A DNA stretch of 64,000 bases, taken from positions 192,001-256,000 of the forward strand of contig JBFWWG010000004.1 of assembly GCA_050246315.1 (NCBI GenBank), given 5' to 3'. The translations under genes and the position numbers were made by a program. Below the pieces are notes generated by a model that saw nothing but the letters and a program-made list of their open reading frames with translations, did not search any database and had not been told where the DNA came from. Below are positions 31,017 to 40,643 of the stretch, one piece after another. The DNA is from Nitrospiraceae bacterium (GTDB lineage: Bacteria; Nitrospirota; Nitrospiria; Nitrospirales; Nitrospiraceae). How positions within the stretch are numbered: the stretch's first letter is position 1; each line of letters begins with the position of its first letter.

Positions 31017-33373
31017 TATTGTAGGGGCAGTCTGTGTCGGTCCGCGGTCCCCTGCCCCGGCTCGCTCGCAATCGTCACCATTCCTCGATACCCACGGGCC
31101 CGTTCCCGCATACCCTGGAGGCCGAACGATTTCGTATCGGAGAGGCGGCCTTTCGGGACCCCCACCCCGTTATCCCACACCTCCAGCAACAGATCGTTGC
31201 CTGCGGTCTCCAATCGTACCGTCGCTTCACTTGCCGCCGCATGACGTGCCACGTTGGTGAGCGCCTCCTGGCAAATGCGAAAGACCGCCGTCGCCTGCCC
31301 TCGCTCCAACTCAAGATCCTCAATCTCCGTCGCGAAAGCACACTCGATGCCGGTGCGCCGCGTGAAATCCCGGCATTGCCAGTCGATCGCCGCCACCAGT
31401 CCAAGATCGTCCAGGACGCCCGGTCGAAGTTCCGCCACGATCCGCTGGACCGCAGTGATAGTCGCATCGATCTGCTGCGTCATGGAGTGCACCTTGTCGG
31501 TCAACTTGGCGCGCTCGCGCGGTGCCAGCTCGCCCATCACCAGCGTACGGATACGAGAGAGATCCAGCTTCAGGCACGTGAGCCCCACCCCCAACTCGTC
31601 GTGCAGTTCCCGCGCGATCCGGGTGCGCTCATCCTCACGCACCGCCTCCAGTTTGTGGGACAGGGTCCGCACGCCTTCCAGAGCCTGCTGCAATTCCTGT
31701 TCGGCCCGCTTACGGCCTGTGATGTCGTGGATGATGCCGGTGAAGAATCGACCGCTGGGAATTGTCCAGGATGAGAGGGACAATTCCAACGGAAACTCCG
31801 TGCCGTCTTGCTTGGTCCCGATGAACTCGAACAGCGTGCCATGCCCGGCATCCGCCGGCGCCGCCCCCACGCCCAATACGATCCGCCAATAGAGCGGATG
31901 GTGGCGCTCGGCCAGAAGTTGCGTCATCGGCTGCCCGAGCAGAGAGGCAGCGGCATAGCCGAACAGCCGTTCCGCCCCCCGGTTGCAAAAGACGATGGCG
32001 CCTCGGGCGTCCATGGTGATAATGGCGTCCTCGCTGGAATCGACGAAGGCCCGCAGTTGCTCTTCGCTCTTGCGCAACGCCAGTTCGGCTTCCCTCCGCT
32101 GGCTGATATCACGAAACGTCACCACCGCTCCAACGATCCTCCCGTCTTCGAGAATGGGGGTGGAGGAATACTCGACCGGAAAGCCCCTTCCATTCTTTCT
32201 CCAGAACATCTCGTCGACGGAGTGCTGGATCAGCCCTTGGCGCAACGAGCGCATGATCGGAAAGTCATCGGCGGTGTAGTCCGTCCCGTCCGCCCGGGTC
32301 TGGCGCACCAGCTTCTGCATGGACCGGCCGAGCAATTCATCCGCGCGCCACCCCAACAGGCTCGCCGCCGCCGGATTCACGAAGGTGAGGTTTCCGTAGA
32401 GGTCCACCCGACAGATCCCGTCCCACGCCGAGTTCAATAGCAGCTCGTAATCACGGCGCAACCGTTCCAAGTCGGCCTCGTCCAGATCTCGCTGGGTGAC
32501 ATCGGCAATCACGGTCCGCTCGTGCACCGCCAATAATTGTTGCAACGTGCCGATCTGGGATTCTAACAACGCGATCGTATTGCGGTTGGATCGCCCGACC
32601 GCGGCAGGTCGCGGCACGGCAGGCCGCACCTCCGGCATCGCTGCGGCCTGCCGGTCGTGAGGCAACAATGCGAGCTTTGCGCTCAAGGCGAGCGTCCGGA
32701 AATGATCGGCCGTGTCGTTTGGAATCGCCACGTTGGCAAACAGGACGACGACAAAGAGGTGGCCGGACGGCAAGATTCCGCCGAACCCCACAACCGACCG
32801 CACACCGTACCGCAGGACAAACGCGTCCTGCACCGGCACGTACGGACTCTTCACGGCATCCGGCACGAAAAACACATTATGAGTCCGTTCCTCACTATCA
32901 ATGACCAGGTTGCACCCGGAGACGAACCTCGACTCTATCTTCACGCCAAACTGCCGGAGCAGTTGGGAGAACATGGGGAACTGGGACACAAACTGTTCGC
33001 TGACCAGCGGAATCGCGCGATATCGGTGAGACCGGTTGCGATCGTTCCACGCTGCTTCCTGTCCCGCAGTGCCCATGAGCGTGAAACATTTCATCGCGGT
33101 TGACCTGGGCCGGCGGCCCAGCGCCTGGGTGGCGAGTTCGCGTTCCGCCTCGCTCAGCGACCGGTATTCCCGTGTCACAAAACACCGGACCAGCACGCAC
33201 TGGGGCTGGCCATTTTGTCGATCGCGGAGATGCCGGTAGAGAAATTGGGCAAGGCCCTGGGCCACCCCGTGCAGGTCGGGCCCGGTTGGGCCGAGCGCCC
33301 GCAACGCCACCCCGCACTCGGTCATGTCGCGGAGAGAAAAGGTCGTGAGATCGTAGGTGCGACGGGCTGTCAT
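31016..33373 (-). CDS. Two-PAS sensor histidine kinase (HisKA_3 type) with an unassigned N-terminal domain
   Basis: Two PAS/PAC domains, ERTRIARELHDELG, ELRPGVLDDLGL, QEALTNVARH, DNGVG, FGLQGMRERA. Confidence 0.9.
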   Translation of the reverse strand: MTARRTYDLTTFSLRDMTECGVALRALGPTGPDLHGVAQGLAQFLYRHLRDRQNGQPQCVLVRCFVTREYRSLSEAERELATQALGRRPRSTAMKCFTLMGTAGQEAAWNDRNRSHRYRAIPLVSEQFVSQFPMFSQLLRQFGVKIESRFVSGCNLVIDSEERTHNVFFVPDAVKSPYVPVQDAFVLRYGVRSVVGFGGILPSGHLFVVVLFANVAIPNDTADHFRTLALSAKLALLPHDRQAAAMPEVRPAVPRPAAVGRSNRNTIALLESQIGTLQQLLAVHERTVIADVTQRDLDEADLERLRRDYELLLNSAWDGICRVDLYGNLTFVNPAAASLLGWRADELLGRSMQKLVRQTRADGTDYTADDFPIMRSLRQGLIQHSVDEMFWRKNGRGFPVEYSSTPILEDGRIVGAVVTFRDISQRREAELALRKSEEQLRAFVDSSEDAIITMDARGAIVFCNRGAERLFGYAAASLLGQPMTQLLAERHHPLYWRIVLGVGAAPADAGHGTLFEFIGTKQDGTEFPLELSLSSWTIPSGRFFTGIIHDITGRKRAEQELQQALEGVRTLSHKLEAVREDERTRIARELHDELGVGLTCLKLDLSRIRTLVMGELAPRERAKLTDKVHSMTQQIDATITAVQRIVAELRPGVLDDLGLVAAIDWQCRDFTRRTGIECAFATEIEDLELERGQATAVFRICQEALTNVARHAAASEATVRLETAGNDLLLEVWDNGVGVPKGRLSDTKSFGLQGMRERARGYRGMVTIASEPGQGTADRHRLPLQ

Positions 33374-33441
33374 GGTAGGATACCCCGCGGCGAGGCCCCG
33401 CCGCGACGCGTACCGAGATTCGACAATGCCGAACGGAAGGC

Positions 33442-33470
33442 AGTCTAAGGAAACCCCCTGAGCCTGTCAA
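33442..33470 (-). promoter_or_regulatory. Sigma-70 promoter of the kinase gene
   Basis: TTGACA-17 nt-TAGACT. Confidence 0.6.
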
Positions 33471-33506
33471 GAAATCAGGTTTCGAAACGGGCCGCTGTGA
33501 TATGCT

Positions 33507-33857
33507 GTGTGCGTGATCCACCCTGGACTCCGATCGCGTGTACCGCCGTGCACGAGCATCGCCGCACCGGCGACCGTGATGCTGGCGTTGGCCATGACGA
33601 TGCCGCGCTCCGTCGATGCAGGCGACCCTCCCTGCGATCGCTATCCTGAAGGCAAACAGGCCTCGTGTCGGGTGATTTGGAAACAGCTCAACGATCAGGC
33701 CGTCGGGGAAATGGCGCGTTTCGGACTCGACCAACAACGCCGGCGGGATGCGGGCCAGATTACCGCCGAACAGCATCTGGCAGAGAACATGGCGTTTATC
33801 AAGCAGGCCACCCAGAACCGGTTGAAGCGGCTCGAAGAGCGGATGGCAAAAGAATGA
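33507..33857 (+). CDS. Hypothetical, probably exported helical protein
   Basis: Signal-like segment, a Cys pair (PCDRY...SCRVIW) and a helical C-terminus. Start uncertain (alternative ATG 33579). Confidence 0.6.
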   Translation: MCVIHPGLRSRVPPCTSIAAPATVMLALAMTMPRSVDAGDPPCDRYPEGKQASCRVIWKQLNDQAVGEMARFGLDQQRRRDAGQITAEQHLAENMAFIKQATQNRLKRLEERMAKE

Positions 33858-33860
33858 CGA

Positions 33861-34388
33861 TCAGAGTTCCTGTTTCTTGAATTCCGGGAGCATCTTCGCA
33901 GCGGATTCCAACAGGTCCCGCCCGACAAGGATCGGCGCCTTGAAATGCACCGCCAGCGCAATCGAATCGGACGACCGGCTGTCAAACACCTTTTCTACTC
34001 CGTTCACCGCCACCGTCAGGGCTCCATAATAGGTGCCGTCTTTGAGCGTGATCACAGTCCGCAGCACGCGGCCGCCGAACGCTGCCAAAATATTGTGCAT
34101 GAGGTCATGCGACATCGGCCGGGGCAGCTTATCGCCGGTAAGCGCACCGTGAATCGAGCCGGCGACGGTCGCGTCGACAAAAATCGGAATAGCTCGCCCC
34201 TCGGCCAGCAGCAAAACGACCGGACCTTGCTCGGAGACCCGCACCCGCACATCGGTGATTTCGACGAGTTGAGCGGACTCGCCCGACTCCTCAGCCTGCA
34301 CGGCCTGACCAGCCGGCATTCCCGTGACGAGCGACGCGACAAGAGCCGACCACATGAGACCTGTGATTGAGACGGTTGGCCTGTTCAT
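33861..34388 (-). CDS. Bifunctional-nuclease (DUF151) family protein with an N-terminal signal-like sequence
   Basis: IPIFV, PRPMSHDLM, GTYYG, DSRSSDSIALA, API. ATG 34388 follows GGAGG. Confidence 0.85.
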   Translation of the reverse strand: MNRPTVSITGLMWSALVASLVTGMPAGQAVQAEESGESAQLVEITDVRVRVSEQGPVVLLLAEGRAIPIFVDATVAGSIHGALTGDKLPRPMSHDLMHNILAAFGGRVLRTVITLKDGTYYGALTVAVNGVEKVFDSRSSDSIALAVHFKAPILVGRDLLESAAKMLPEFKKQEL

Positions 34389-34576
34389 ACGTCCCCTCCA
34401 TACCAACCTTGGTTGAGCCGGCGGTCCATCGGACGACGCCCCTCTTCATTGTCGCCGCCGGAGAAACACATCCGGTAATCCTTCCCGCTTTTTCTCATAC
34501 CAATCTTGGTTGAGCCGGCGGAGAAGCACCTGATGCGTATTTTCATTCCTCTGTCTTCATCGGCCGACGGAGAGAC
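34389..34576 (-). repeat. Tandem hairpin-module leader (two units)
   Basis: 34389-34466 is highly similar to 41321-41398; the upstream unit 34491-34576 matches 29631-29692 and repeats CCGCCGGCTCAACCAAG.TTGGTATG. Confidence 0.85.
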
Positions 34577-34619
34577 TCGTCAAGCGGCTTTGTTTCTTTT
34601 CACGCTGTGCTCGAACCGA

Positions 34620-35261
34620 CTATCCTCTCACGTAGGCATTGGTCCGCTGCTCGGTGCCGATGTCCGTTTCAGGCCCGTGACCGGTCACAACGACCGTGTC
34701 TCCTTCCAGTCTGTAGAGACGTTCGCGGATGGACCGCTCGATCGCCGTGAAGTCACCGCCCCATAGATCCGTACGCCCGATGGAACCGCGGAACAGCGTG
34801 TCTCCAGCCAACAACAGCCGCTCGGTGGGCAGATGAAAACTCATGGAACCGGGCGTATGGCCCGGCGTATGGATCGCAACGCAGGCCAACGCGCCGACCG
34901 CAAATTGCTCATCGTCCTTCAACCAGTAATCCGGCAGCGGAACCGGCACATAGGACACGCCGAACACCTCGCATTGCTCCTCCAACAATTCCCATAACCG
35001 ACGATCATCCGGGTGAAGGCAGAGCGACGCCCCGGTCGCCTGCTGCATGTGTCCAGACGCAAGGAAGTGATCGAAATGCGCGTGCGTATGCAGAATGCGG
35101 GTTACGGTCAAACCCAAGGCCCGCACTTCATGAAGGATCTGGTCCGACGCCCCGCCGGGGTCCACCACGAGCGCCTGCTTCGTGTGCGGATCTCCGATGA
35201 TCGAACAATTGCAGCCCAAAGGCGGCACCGGGAACGTTTTGCGGATGAGCGATGCGGACAC
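34620..35261 (-). CDS. MBL-fold metallo-hydrolase (glyoxalase II-like)
   Basis: THAHFDH, HTPGHTPGS, GDTLFRGSIGRTD, GHG. GTG start overlaps the upstream stop, with an AGGAG RBS. Confidence 0.9.
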   Translation of the reverse strand: MSASLIRKTFPVPPLGCNCSIIGDPHTKQALVVDPGGASDQILHEVRALGLTVTRILHTHAHFDHFLASGHMQQATGASLCLHPDDRRLWELLEEQCEVFGVSYVPVPLPDYWLKDDEQFAVGALACVAIHTPGHTPGSMSFHLPTERLLLAGDTLFRGSIGRTDLWGGDFTAIERSIRERLYRLEGDTVVVTGHGPETDIGTEQRTNAYVRG

Positions 35262-35914
35262 TAGCTCCTCCTTTCCTCGGGATGGGCGACCCACACGATA
35301 TCCGTATCGAAGAGATTCCAGCCCTGCCCCTGCCGTTGTAACCAATAGAGAAAGCCGGCTCCCGTCCCATCGGGCCGTTCATTGGCCACGTAGACCAAGG
35401 CTTGATCCTCTTTGAGGGTCCAGGCAACCCGGGAAAACGCCAGACGATCGAGCCGGGTGTCGTCCGCCTGCACGGAATGCCTCCAGGTCGCGAATTGCGG
35501 CCCGAGGAACACGTCCGATTCCTCCGCACCCTCAGGAGTGACAAATCGCACACGCGCCCCGAATCGAAATTGCGGCTGCAATCGAGCCGGACGTTGGTTC
35601 TTGGCGATGAAATCCGCGATCAGGTCGTGCGGAAGCCGCCCATCGAACGGTTGCTGCTCTTCAAACCACTGCTCGCTCGGCGGATCCGGTTCGTTCGGAT
35701 GGAGCCGTGTGAGGGTGAAGCGCTCGATCACCACGATCTGGATCAGGCTCGTAAGAAACTTAGACTCGACAATCCTATCGTAGACAGGATACTCTTCCTC
35801 CGGTACGGACTCCCCATCCGCTCGCGAGATCCCGGTCGGCGCCGCTAGGGTTCGGTCGCCAAATCCAAGCGTCATCAGGCAGAGACACCCTATGACGACC
35901 GCTGTCCTTCGCAT
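35261..35914 (-). CDS. Hypothetical exported protein
   Basis: Signal peptide MRRTAVVIGCLCL; translationally coupled to the MBL gene. Confidence 0.7.
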   Translation of the reverse strand: MRRTAVVIGCLCLMTLGFGDRTLAAPTGISRADGESVPEEEYPVYDRIVESKFLTSLIQIVVIERFTLTRLHPNEPDPPSEQWFEEQQPFDGRLPHDLIADFIAKNQRPARLQPQFRFGARVRFVTPEGAEESDVFLGPQFATWRHSVQADDTRLDRLAFSRVAWTLKEDQALVYVANERPDGTGAGFLYWLQRQGQGWNLFDTDIVWVAHPEERRS

Positions 35915-35987
35915 AGTGAGAGCATAAGCTGCGATGCCGCAGACCGTCAAACCCCCACGCAGGCAGTCCCGGATTCACCTGCCGACA

Positions 35988-36740
35988 ATGCGAATCGAAA
36001 GGCCGACATCGCGAGCGATTGGCCTTGCACCGATGCTTCTATTGCTCGTTTTCACATCCTGCAAGCCCGACGACTCTCCCTTGAAGGCCGAGAACGAAGC
36101 CTTGCGCAAGCAAGTGACCAAGCAGGAGTCCGTCCTGAACTCGCTGCAAGACGGCACCAAGGTCATGCAGCAACAGATCGATCTACTGAATCAGGAACTG
36201 CGGGACGCGAAGAAAGAAACCCAGCGCGCGCACGACGAAACCGAGCGCGTCCGGGCCGAGACCAAGGAAGCAACCCTCAAGTTCGAGGCACAGGTGGCCC
36301 AGACCAAGAAGCTCTCCGCCGAAGTACAGCGAACCGCGGCGGCCCAAGCCGCCTTTACCGTACGCGCCGAGGAGAAGGGCGCGCAGATCGAAGACCTTCC
36401 TCGTCCCTTCGCCCTGGTCGCCCGCGCCGCCGAGGAGGCCCTGGCGCGCAACGGGTATGCGATCAGGGTGAGCGTCAAAACGGATCAGAAAGCCGTGTAT
36501 GTGACCGAGCGGAAAATCTCTCCGCCCGCGTCCCTCGAAGCATCCGGTTTTCGGAATCAATTTCTCATCGCCCTGCAGATTCCCTCGGCGAGCGTCACTC
36601 GACTCAGCGTGAAGGCGGAATTCGAGAAGCTCGCCCAAGGCGGGAGGATCCTCACCGCCGGGCCGGACGAAACGGCGGAGATCGAGCGACGCCTCATCGC
36701 CGAGATCAGCAAGGCCGTAGCCGCCAAAGACAAGTTGTGA
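35988..36740 (+). CDS. Coiled-coil lipoprotein, function unknown
   Basis: Lipobox FTSC, long heptad region, overlaps the next start (GTGA). Confidence 0.72.
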   Translation: MRIERPTSRAIGLAPMLLLLVFTSCKPDDSPLKAENEALRKQVTKQESVLNSLQDGTKVMQQQIDLLNQELRDAKKETQRAHDETERVRAETKEATLKFEAQVAQTKKLSAEVQRTAAAQAAFTVRAEEKGAQIEDLPRPFALVARAAEEALARNGYAIRVSVKTDQKAVYVTERKISPPASLEASGFRNQFLIALQIPSASVTRLSVKAEFEKLAQGGRILTAGPDETAEIERRLIAEISKAVAAKDKL

Positions 36741-37630
36741 GCGGTCTCCGGATCTTGCTTTCAGCCGCCATCGTGGTCGGGACGACGGTCGGAACCGCAG
36801 ACGCCCGTTCCAACACGCAACCTCCTCCTCCCAAACAGGAACTCGCTCGCCATCTTGCATCGATCGCTGCCGTCGTGCGCCCCTCTCCGTCTGTAACCGT
36901 CGAGGAAGGCTGGTTCCTCATGGGGACCGTCAGGAAGGATGACGAGCCCTACGCGCTGGAAACGCAATTCGACGACACCGAGCTGCCGCAACACCGCGTC
37001 TGGCTGGATCGCTATCAGATCGATCGGGACGAAGTGAGCGTGGGGGAATACCTGGCGTTTCTCCGTCAATCCCGGCAACCGGTGTCGGACGAGCTACAAC
37101 GGCTCCTCTGGCACGTGATCTCAGTCCACTCCATGCCTGACGCCGTGCTCGCCCGCTGGCCGGCCCTGTATGTGACCTGGCAGGAGGCGGCGGACTTTTG
37201 CCGCACGCATGGGAAACGGCTCCCGACGGAGGCCGAATGGGAAAAGGCCGCACGCGGCCGCGAAGGCATCTTGTTTCCTTGGGGCAACCGCCCTCCGTCG
37301 CCGGGCATCGCCGTGTTCGGGCAATACCACGTCCATGAAATCCCGCTGGTGGCCGCAGTGGACAGTGGTGAGGAGGGGCAAAGTCCTTACGGTGTCCGTC
37401 ATATGGCCGGCAACATCGCAGAATGGGTGCAGGACTGGCTGGGGTTCGATTATTACGCCGTCACGCCGGACCGCAATCCACCGGGTCCCACCACAGGCCG
37501 CTACAGGGTCGCACGAGGCGGTTCGTGGAAAAGCAAACCGATGATGCTCCGAACCGCGACACGCGGAGGGTCCGCACCAGATCAGCGTGCCGCCACCCTC
37601 GGCTTCCGCTGCGCCGCGTCCCTTCCGTGA
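36737..37630 (+). CDS. FGE-sulfatase (SUMF1/EgtB/PvdO) domain protein
   Basis: FLMG, RLPTEAEWEKAARG, FPWG, MAGNIAEW, RGGSW, GFRC. Lacks the catalytic Cys pair of true FGE. Confidence 0.9.
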   Translation: MSGLRILLSAAIVVGTTVGTADARSNTQPPPPKQELARHLASIAAVVRPSPSVTVEEGWFLMGTVRKDDEPYALETQFDDTELPQHRVWLDRYQIDRDEVSVGEYLAFLRQSRQPVSDELQRLLWHVISVHSMPDAVLARWPALYVTWQEAADFCRTHGKRLPTEAEWEKAARGREGILFPWGNRPPSPGIAVFGQYHVHEIPLVAAVDSGEEGQSPYGVRHMAGNIAEWVQDWLGFDYYAVTPDRNPPGPTTGRYRVARGGSWKSKPMMLRTATRGGSAPDQRAATLGFRCAASLP

Positions 37631-38730
37631 GCACCCGTCATCCCGCTCTGATCGCCCTCGACCAGCCCTGCCACGACGGCACACTCCAAGCCAAACGGCA
37701 GGTAGCCCGCATAGCCCAGGATCGGCATTTCGAACAGCCGGCAACATTGGACATAGGGAATGGCGTATTCCCAATGGGCGAGACTCTTGACGTTCCAGAG
37801 CTCCCAAAAAAATCCGCAGACCAGCGCGGCAAGGGCCGGCAGGCAGACCGAACGCCAATCGCCGAATCGCAGTCGCGTGAGGATCGTAGCTTCTCCCCTA
37901 ATGAGCGCCAGCGACGTCAAGAGAACAACCGGCGCCATCCAGACGAGCGGAAAGAGATAGTCCGGCCAAAGGCCGATGCCGGCCAGACCGGGCACGGCCG
38001 TCGCCAACCCTGTCCATCCGATCGCCGGATGGTTCACCCAATCCCACCGCCACAGCCGGCGGAACGCTGCATCCAATCCTGGCCAAGTCGAGAGCCACTC
38101 CGTCGTGCTTCGGACTGCCGGTAGCACGGTTGAGAAAGGCACGGTCGCGAACCAGAAATACTCCCAAGCGGTGAATTCCCAGACTGGAGGATAGTGCCAG
38201 TTCTGGACAAAGCCGTTGAGATACTCGAAAAACCACCAAAAGACCGTACTCAGCGGAAACAACAGGAGAAAGTATCGTGGGCGTTTCCGCATCACGCAAC
38301 TGCCGTTTCGCGCCTCAGTCCAGGCGTTGACGATGAGAATGTAGCCCAGCCAAAGCGGCGTGAACGTCTGTGCTTGCCAGGTACCCATCCATTCGAATCG
38401 ATTCCAGGAAACGATCCAGGCCAGACCGGTCCACAGGAGGCCGGCCCATCCCCACCAGGGGAAGGAATGCGGGGATCGCCTCGAACGAGATCGAGCCAGA
38501 GCAACGGACAAACGCCGAAAGAAGGGCCCAACGCAAAGGAGAATCACCCCGGCAAGCAGAGAGAACGCGACCCATGAGAAGGGAGCATGCGCGGCGGGCT
38601 GCGGACGGGGAGGAAATTCGAGGTAGGGGGCAAGCGGCTTGCCGGCCATGTGGACTCCAACCAATGGGAGCCCGAGAAGCAGCACCGCTATGGCGGCGAT
38701 TCGGCCGAGGTTACCCGACACCGCAGGCAC
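37582..38730 (-). CDS. Multi-pass Trp-rich membrane protein, function unknown
   Basis: Many TM segments, with a two-fold internal motif FWWFFEYLN..NWHY / FFWELWN..HWEY. Confidence 0.75.
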   Translation of the reverse strand: MPAVSGNLGRIAAIAVLLLGLPLVGVHMAGKPLAPYLEFPPRPQPAAHAPFSWVAFSLLAGVILLCVGPFFRRLSVALARSRSRRSPHSFPWWGWAGLLWTGLAWIVSWNRFEWMGTWQAQTFTPLWLGYILIVNAWTEARNGSCVMRKRPRYFLLLFPLSTVFWWFFEYLNGFVQNWHYPPVWEFTAWEYFWFATVPFSTVLPAVRSTTEWLSTWPGLDAAFRRLWRWDWVNHPAIGWTGLATAVPGLAGIGLWPDYLFPLVWMAPVVLLTSLALIRGEATILTRLRFGDWRSVCLPALAALVCGFFWELWNVKSLAHWEYAIPYVQCCRLFEMPILGYAGYLPFGLECAVVAGLVEGDQSGMTGAHGRDAAQRKPRVAAR

Positions 38731-39528
38731 TCACGGTACTGGCCGCTCTCGCTTCCAGCGCCCCTTCAAGTTGTAGGCCGCCAGCTCGATCGCCTCATCC
38801 GCCGCCAGACTCCGCAGGAAGTCGTGAGCCTCGCCATCGTCCCGTGGAGCCGCGATGCGCTGCATCCGTCCAGACCGGCGGATAACCGGATAGGCATTGG
38901 ATGTCAGCCCACCCGTCAGTTGCTCCAACGTGGACATCGTTCGACCTTCCGCTCGCGCGAGGATGGTTCCGTTCTGAGCGTCCACCAAGGCCAGCTCGGC
39001 CAAGGCATGTTGGACTGTGCTGGAACCGGGCAGGCGCCCCATCGCCCCACCGCCTTCTTGCGTACCGTCGAGCGGCACAGTCATGGCACTCGTGATCTCC
39101 ACGCTTGAAATCACCGCGAGCAAGAGATGATCGACCTGCTGTGCATGGGCAAGGTCATCCCATGTTGCAGGCCTGTCGCCGGCATGGCGCACGGACGGCG
39201 ACGCGATCGCGACCACCGACAGCGGCAGGATACTGCCGACGTGCCGTCGCGCCTGATCGGTCACGAAGACCAGCGCGTCTTCAGTGAGAGCCGGCGCGGA
39301 TTCCGAGCCGGTCACATCATTGACGACCGCTAATCCGACACGGAGGCCGGCCGGGAATTCATCGACGGTCTCGGCATCCGGCTGCGAGAAGGTTCCGAGA
39401 TAGGCATCCAGATGCGGGGAAGGCGCGGTGACTGCGCAACCGGAGCCAACCGGTCCCAAGAGCAGCAGGACCAGAAAGGAGGCCATTTGCCCAGTCAAGC
39501 CGACATAGGCACGCTCAAGCAGCCCCAT
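38731..39528 (-). CDS. Hypothetical lipoprotein
   Basis: Hydrophobic segment with lipobox GSGC; abuts the next gene. Confidence 0.65.
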   Translation of the reverse strand: MGLLERAYVGLTGQMASFLVLLLLGPVGSGCAVTAPSPHLDAYLGTFSQPDAETVDEFPAGLRVGLAVVNDVTGSESAPALTEDALVFVTDQARRHVGSILPLSVVAIASPSVRHAGDRPATWDDLAHAQQVDHLLLAVISSVEITSAMTVPLDGTQEGGGAMGRLPGSSTVQHALAELALVDAQNGTILARAEGRTMSTLEQLTGGLTSNAYPVIRRSGRMQRIAAPRDDGEAHDFLRSLAADEAIELAAYNLKGRWKRERPVP

Positions 39529-39651
39529 CCCGCTACCCTGATTCTCTAGCGCGCATGATTCCTGCGTGGTTGATCGCGTGGCACCCTATCCAGACCAACG
39601 AGTCGCACCGCGATTCCAACAGAGACGTTCACGAATCATGCGGACAGGCTC

Positions 39652-40089
39652 CTACAGCCGCTCCTCGTCCAACTCGATCGCGTCAACCCACGTGGTGACG
39701 GGCGGCAGAGATTCGAGCGACACCTCGCGCTTCGCGGCCACATCACGGAGCCGCCCTTGAAATCGCTCGCGCGCCGCATCATCGCTCGGTCCCGCGGTCA
39801 GGACCTTTTTGGTCCAGAGCCGGATCTCGGCCTCGGACAGCGTCTTACCGTTGGTTCGAACCCACTCCAATATGGCCTCGTCCGTTCCTCCCGCCAACAC
39901 CTGTTGCTCGAATGCCTGCGCATCAAGATTCAGCAGTTCGATCAAAGACTTGTCGAACCCCGCGGTGAGGTAGTTGTAGTCCCGGATGAATCCGGCATGG
40001 CGCAGGCGAACCTTATCGATCAACCGGGCCAGATGGGCCAGGCCTCCCAGTAAGACTTTAGGACTTCGAGGGTACTGTGAGGTGTTCAT
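39652..40089 (-). CDS. DUF5069-like protein
   Basis: YPRSP..LGGL.HLARLIDKVRL, DYNY, terminal DEER. Confidence 0.75.
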   Translation of the reverse strand: MNTSQYPRSPKVLLGGLAHLARLIDKVRLRHAGFIRDYNYLTAGFDKSLIELLNLDAQAFEQQVLAGGTDEAILEWVRTNGKTLSEAEIRLWTKKVLTAGPSDDAARERFQGRLRDVAAKREVSLESLPPVTTWVDAIELDEERL

Positions 40090-40292
40090 GGACGATGTCG
40101 GAAAGAATCGAGAGGCCGTGAACTCCCCCTCCTGCAGTCGCGCCCGATCAACTTTGCCATAGCCGGACCACTCTTGGCTAGCGGCGAACCTGCCTCGTGT
40201 CGATCAGGAGATACAATTGGCTCGTCAGAGCCGAGGTCGCATGATAGGCTCCATTCGAGATCGTCGGACCCGATTACGCGCGGTCTCAGGAC

Positions 40293-40643
40293 ATGCCTAT
40301 GGCCTTGCCCGCACCCAGAGCACATGAACAGCGACGGCATCCCCGCGTGCGCGTCCAATATCGCAGTCATTTTTCCTCAAAAAACAGGATGGTCGCCGGA
40401 GACGGCGATCTGCAGGATCTCTCGCAGGCGGGGTGCCGCATTAAGAGTCAGATCGTCGCTGTTGCCGGTTCGGAATTGGAGCTGTGCGTCTTCATCGACG
40501 GTGACGAGAACCCGCTTGTGATCGATGTCGCCTCGGTCCGCTGGGTACGCTCCGACGAATTCGGTCTCTCCTTCACGCAGGTTCGTCCGCCCGTCCAGCG
40601 TCGAATCGCAGAGCTCTGTAGAAAATTGGCCCCCCTCGATTAA
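40293..40643 (+). CDS. Stand-alone PilZ-domain protein
   Basis: EQRRHPR and DLSQAG c-di-GMP motifs, VRW, FGLSF. Confidence 0.88.
   Translation: MPMALPAPRAHEQRRHPRVRVQYRSHFSSKNRMVAGDGDLQDLSQAGCRIKSQIVAVAGSELELCVFIDGDENPLVIDVASVRWVRSDEFGLSFTQVRPPVQRRIAELCRKLAPLD

Noticed and set aside
36737..37630. Active formylglycine-generating enzyme
   Set aside because: The catalytic Cys pair after RGGS is absent, and no sulfatase gene is nearby.
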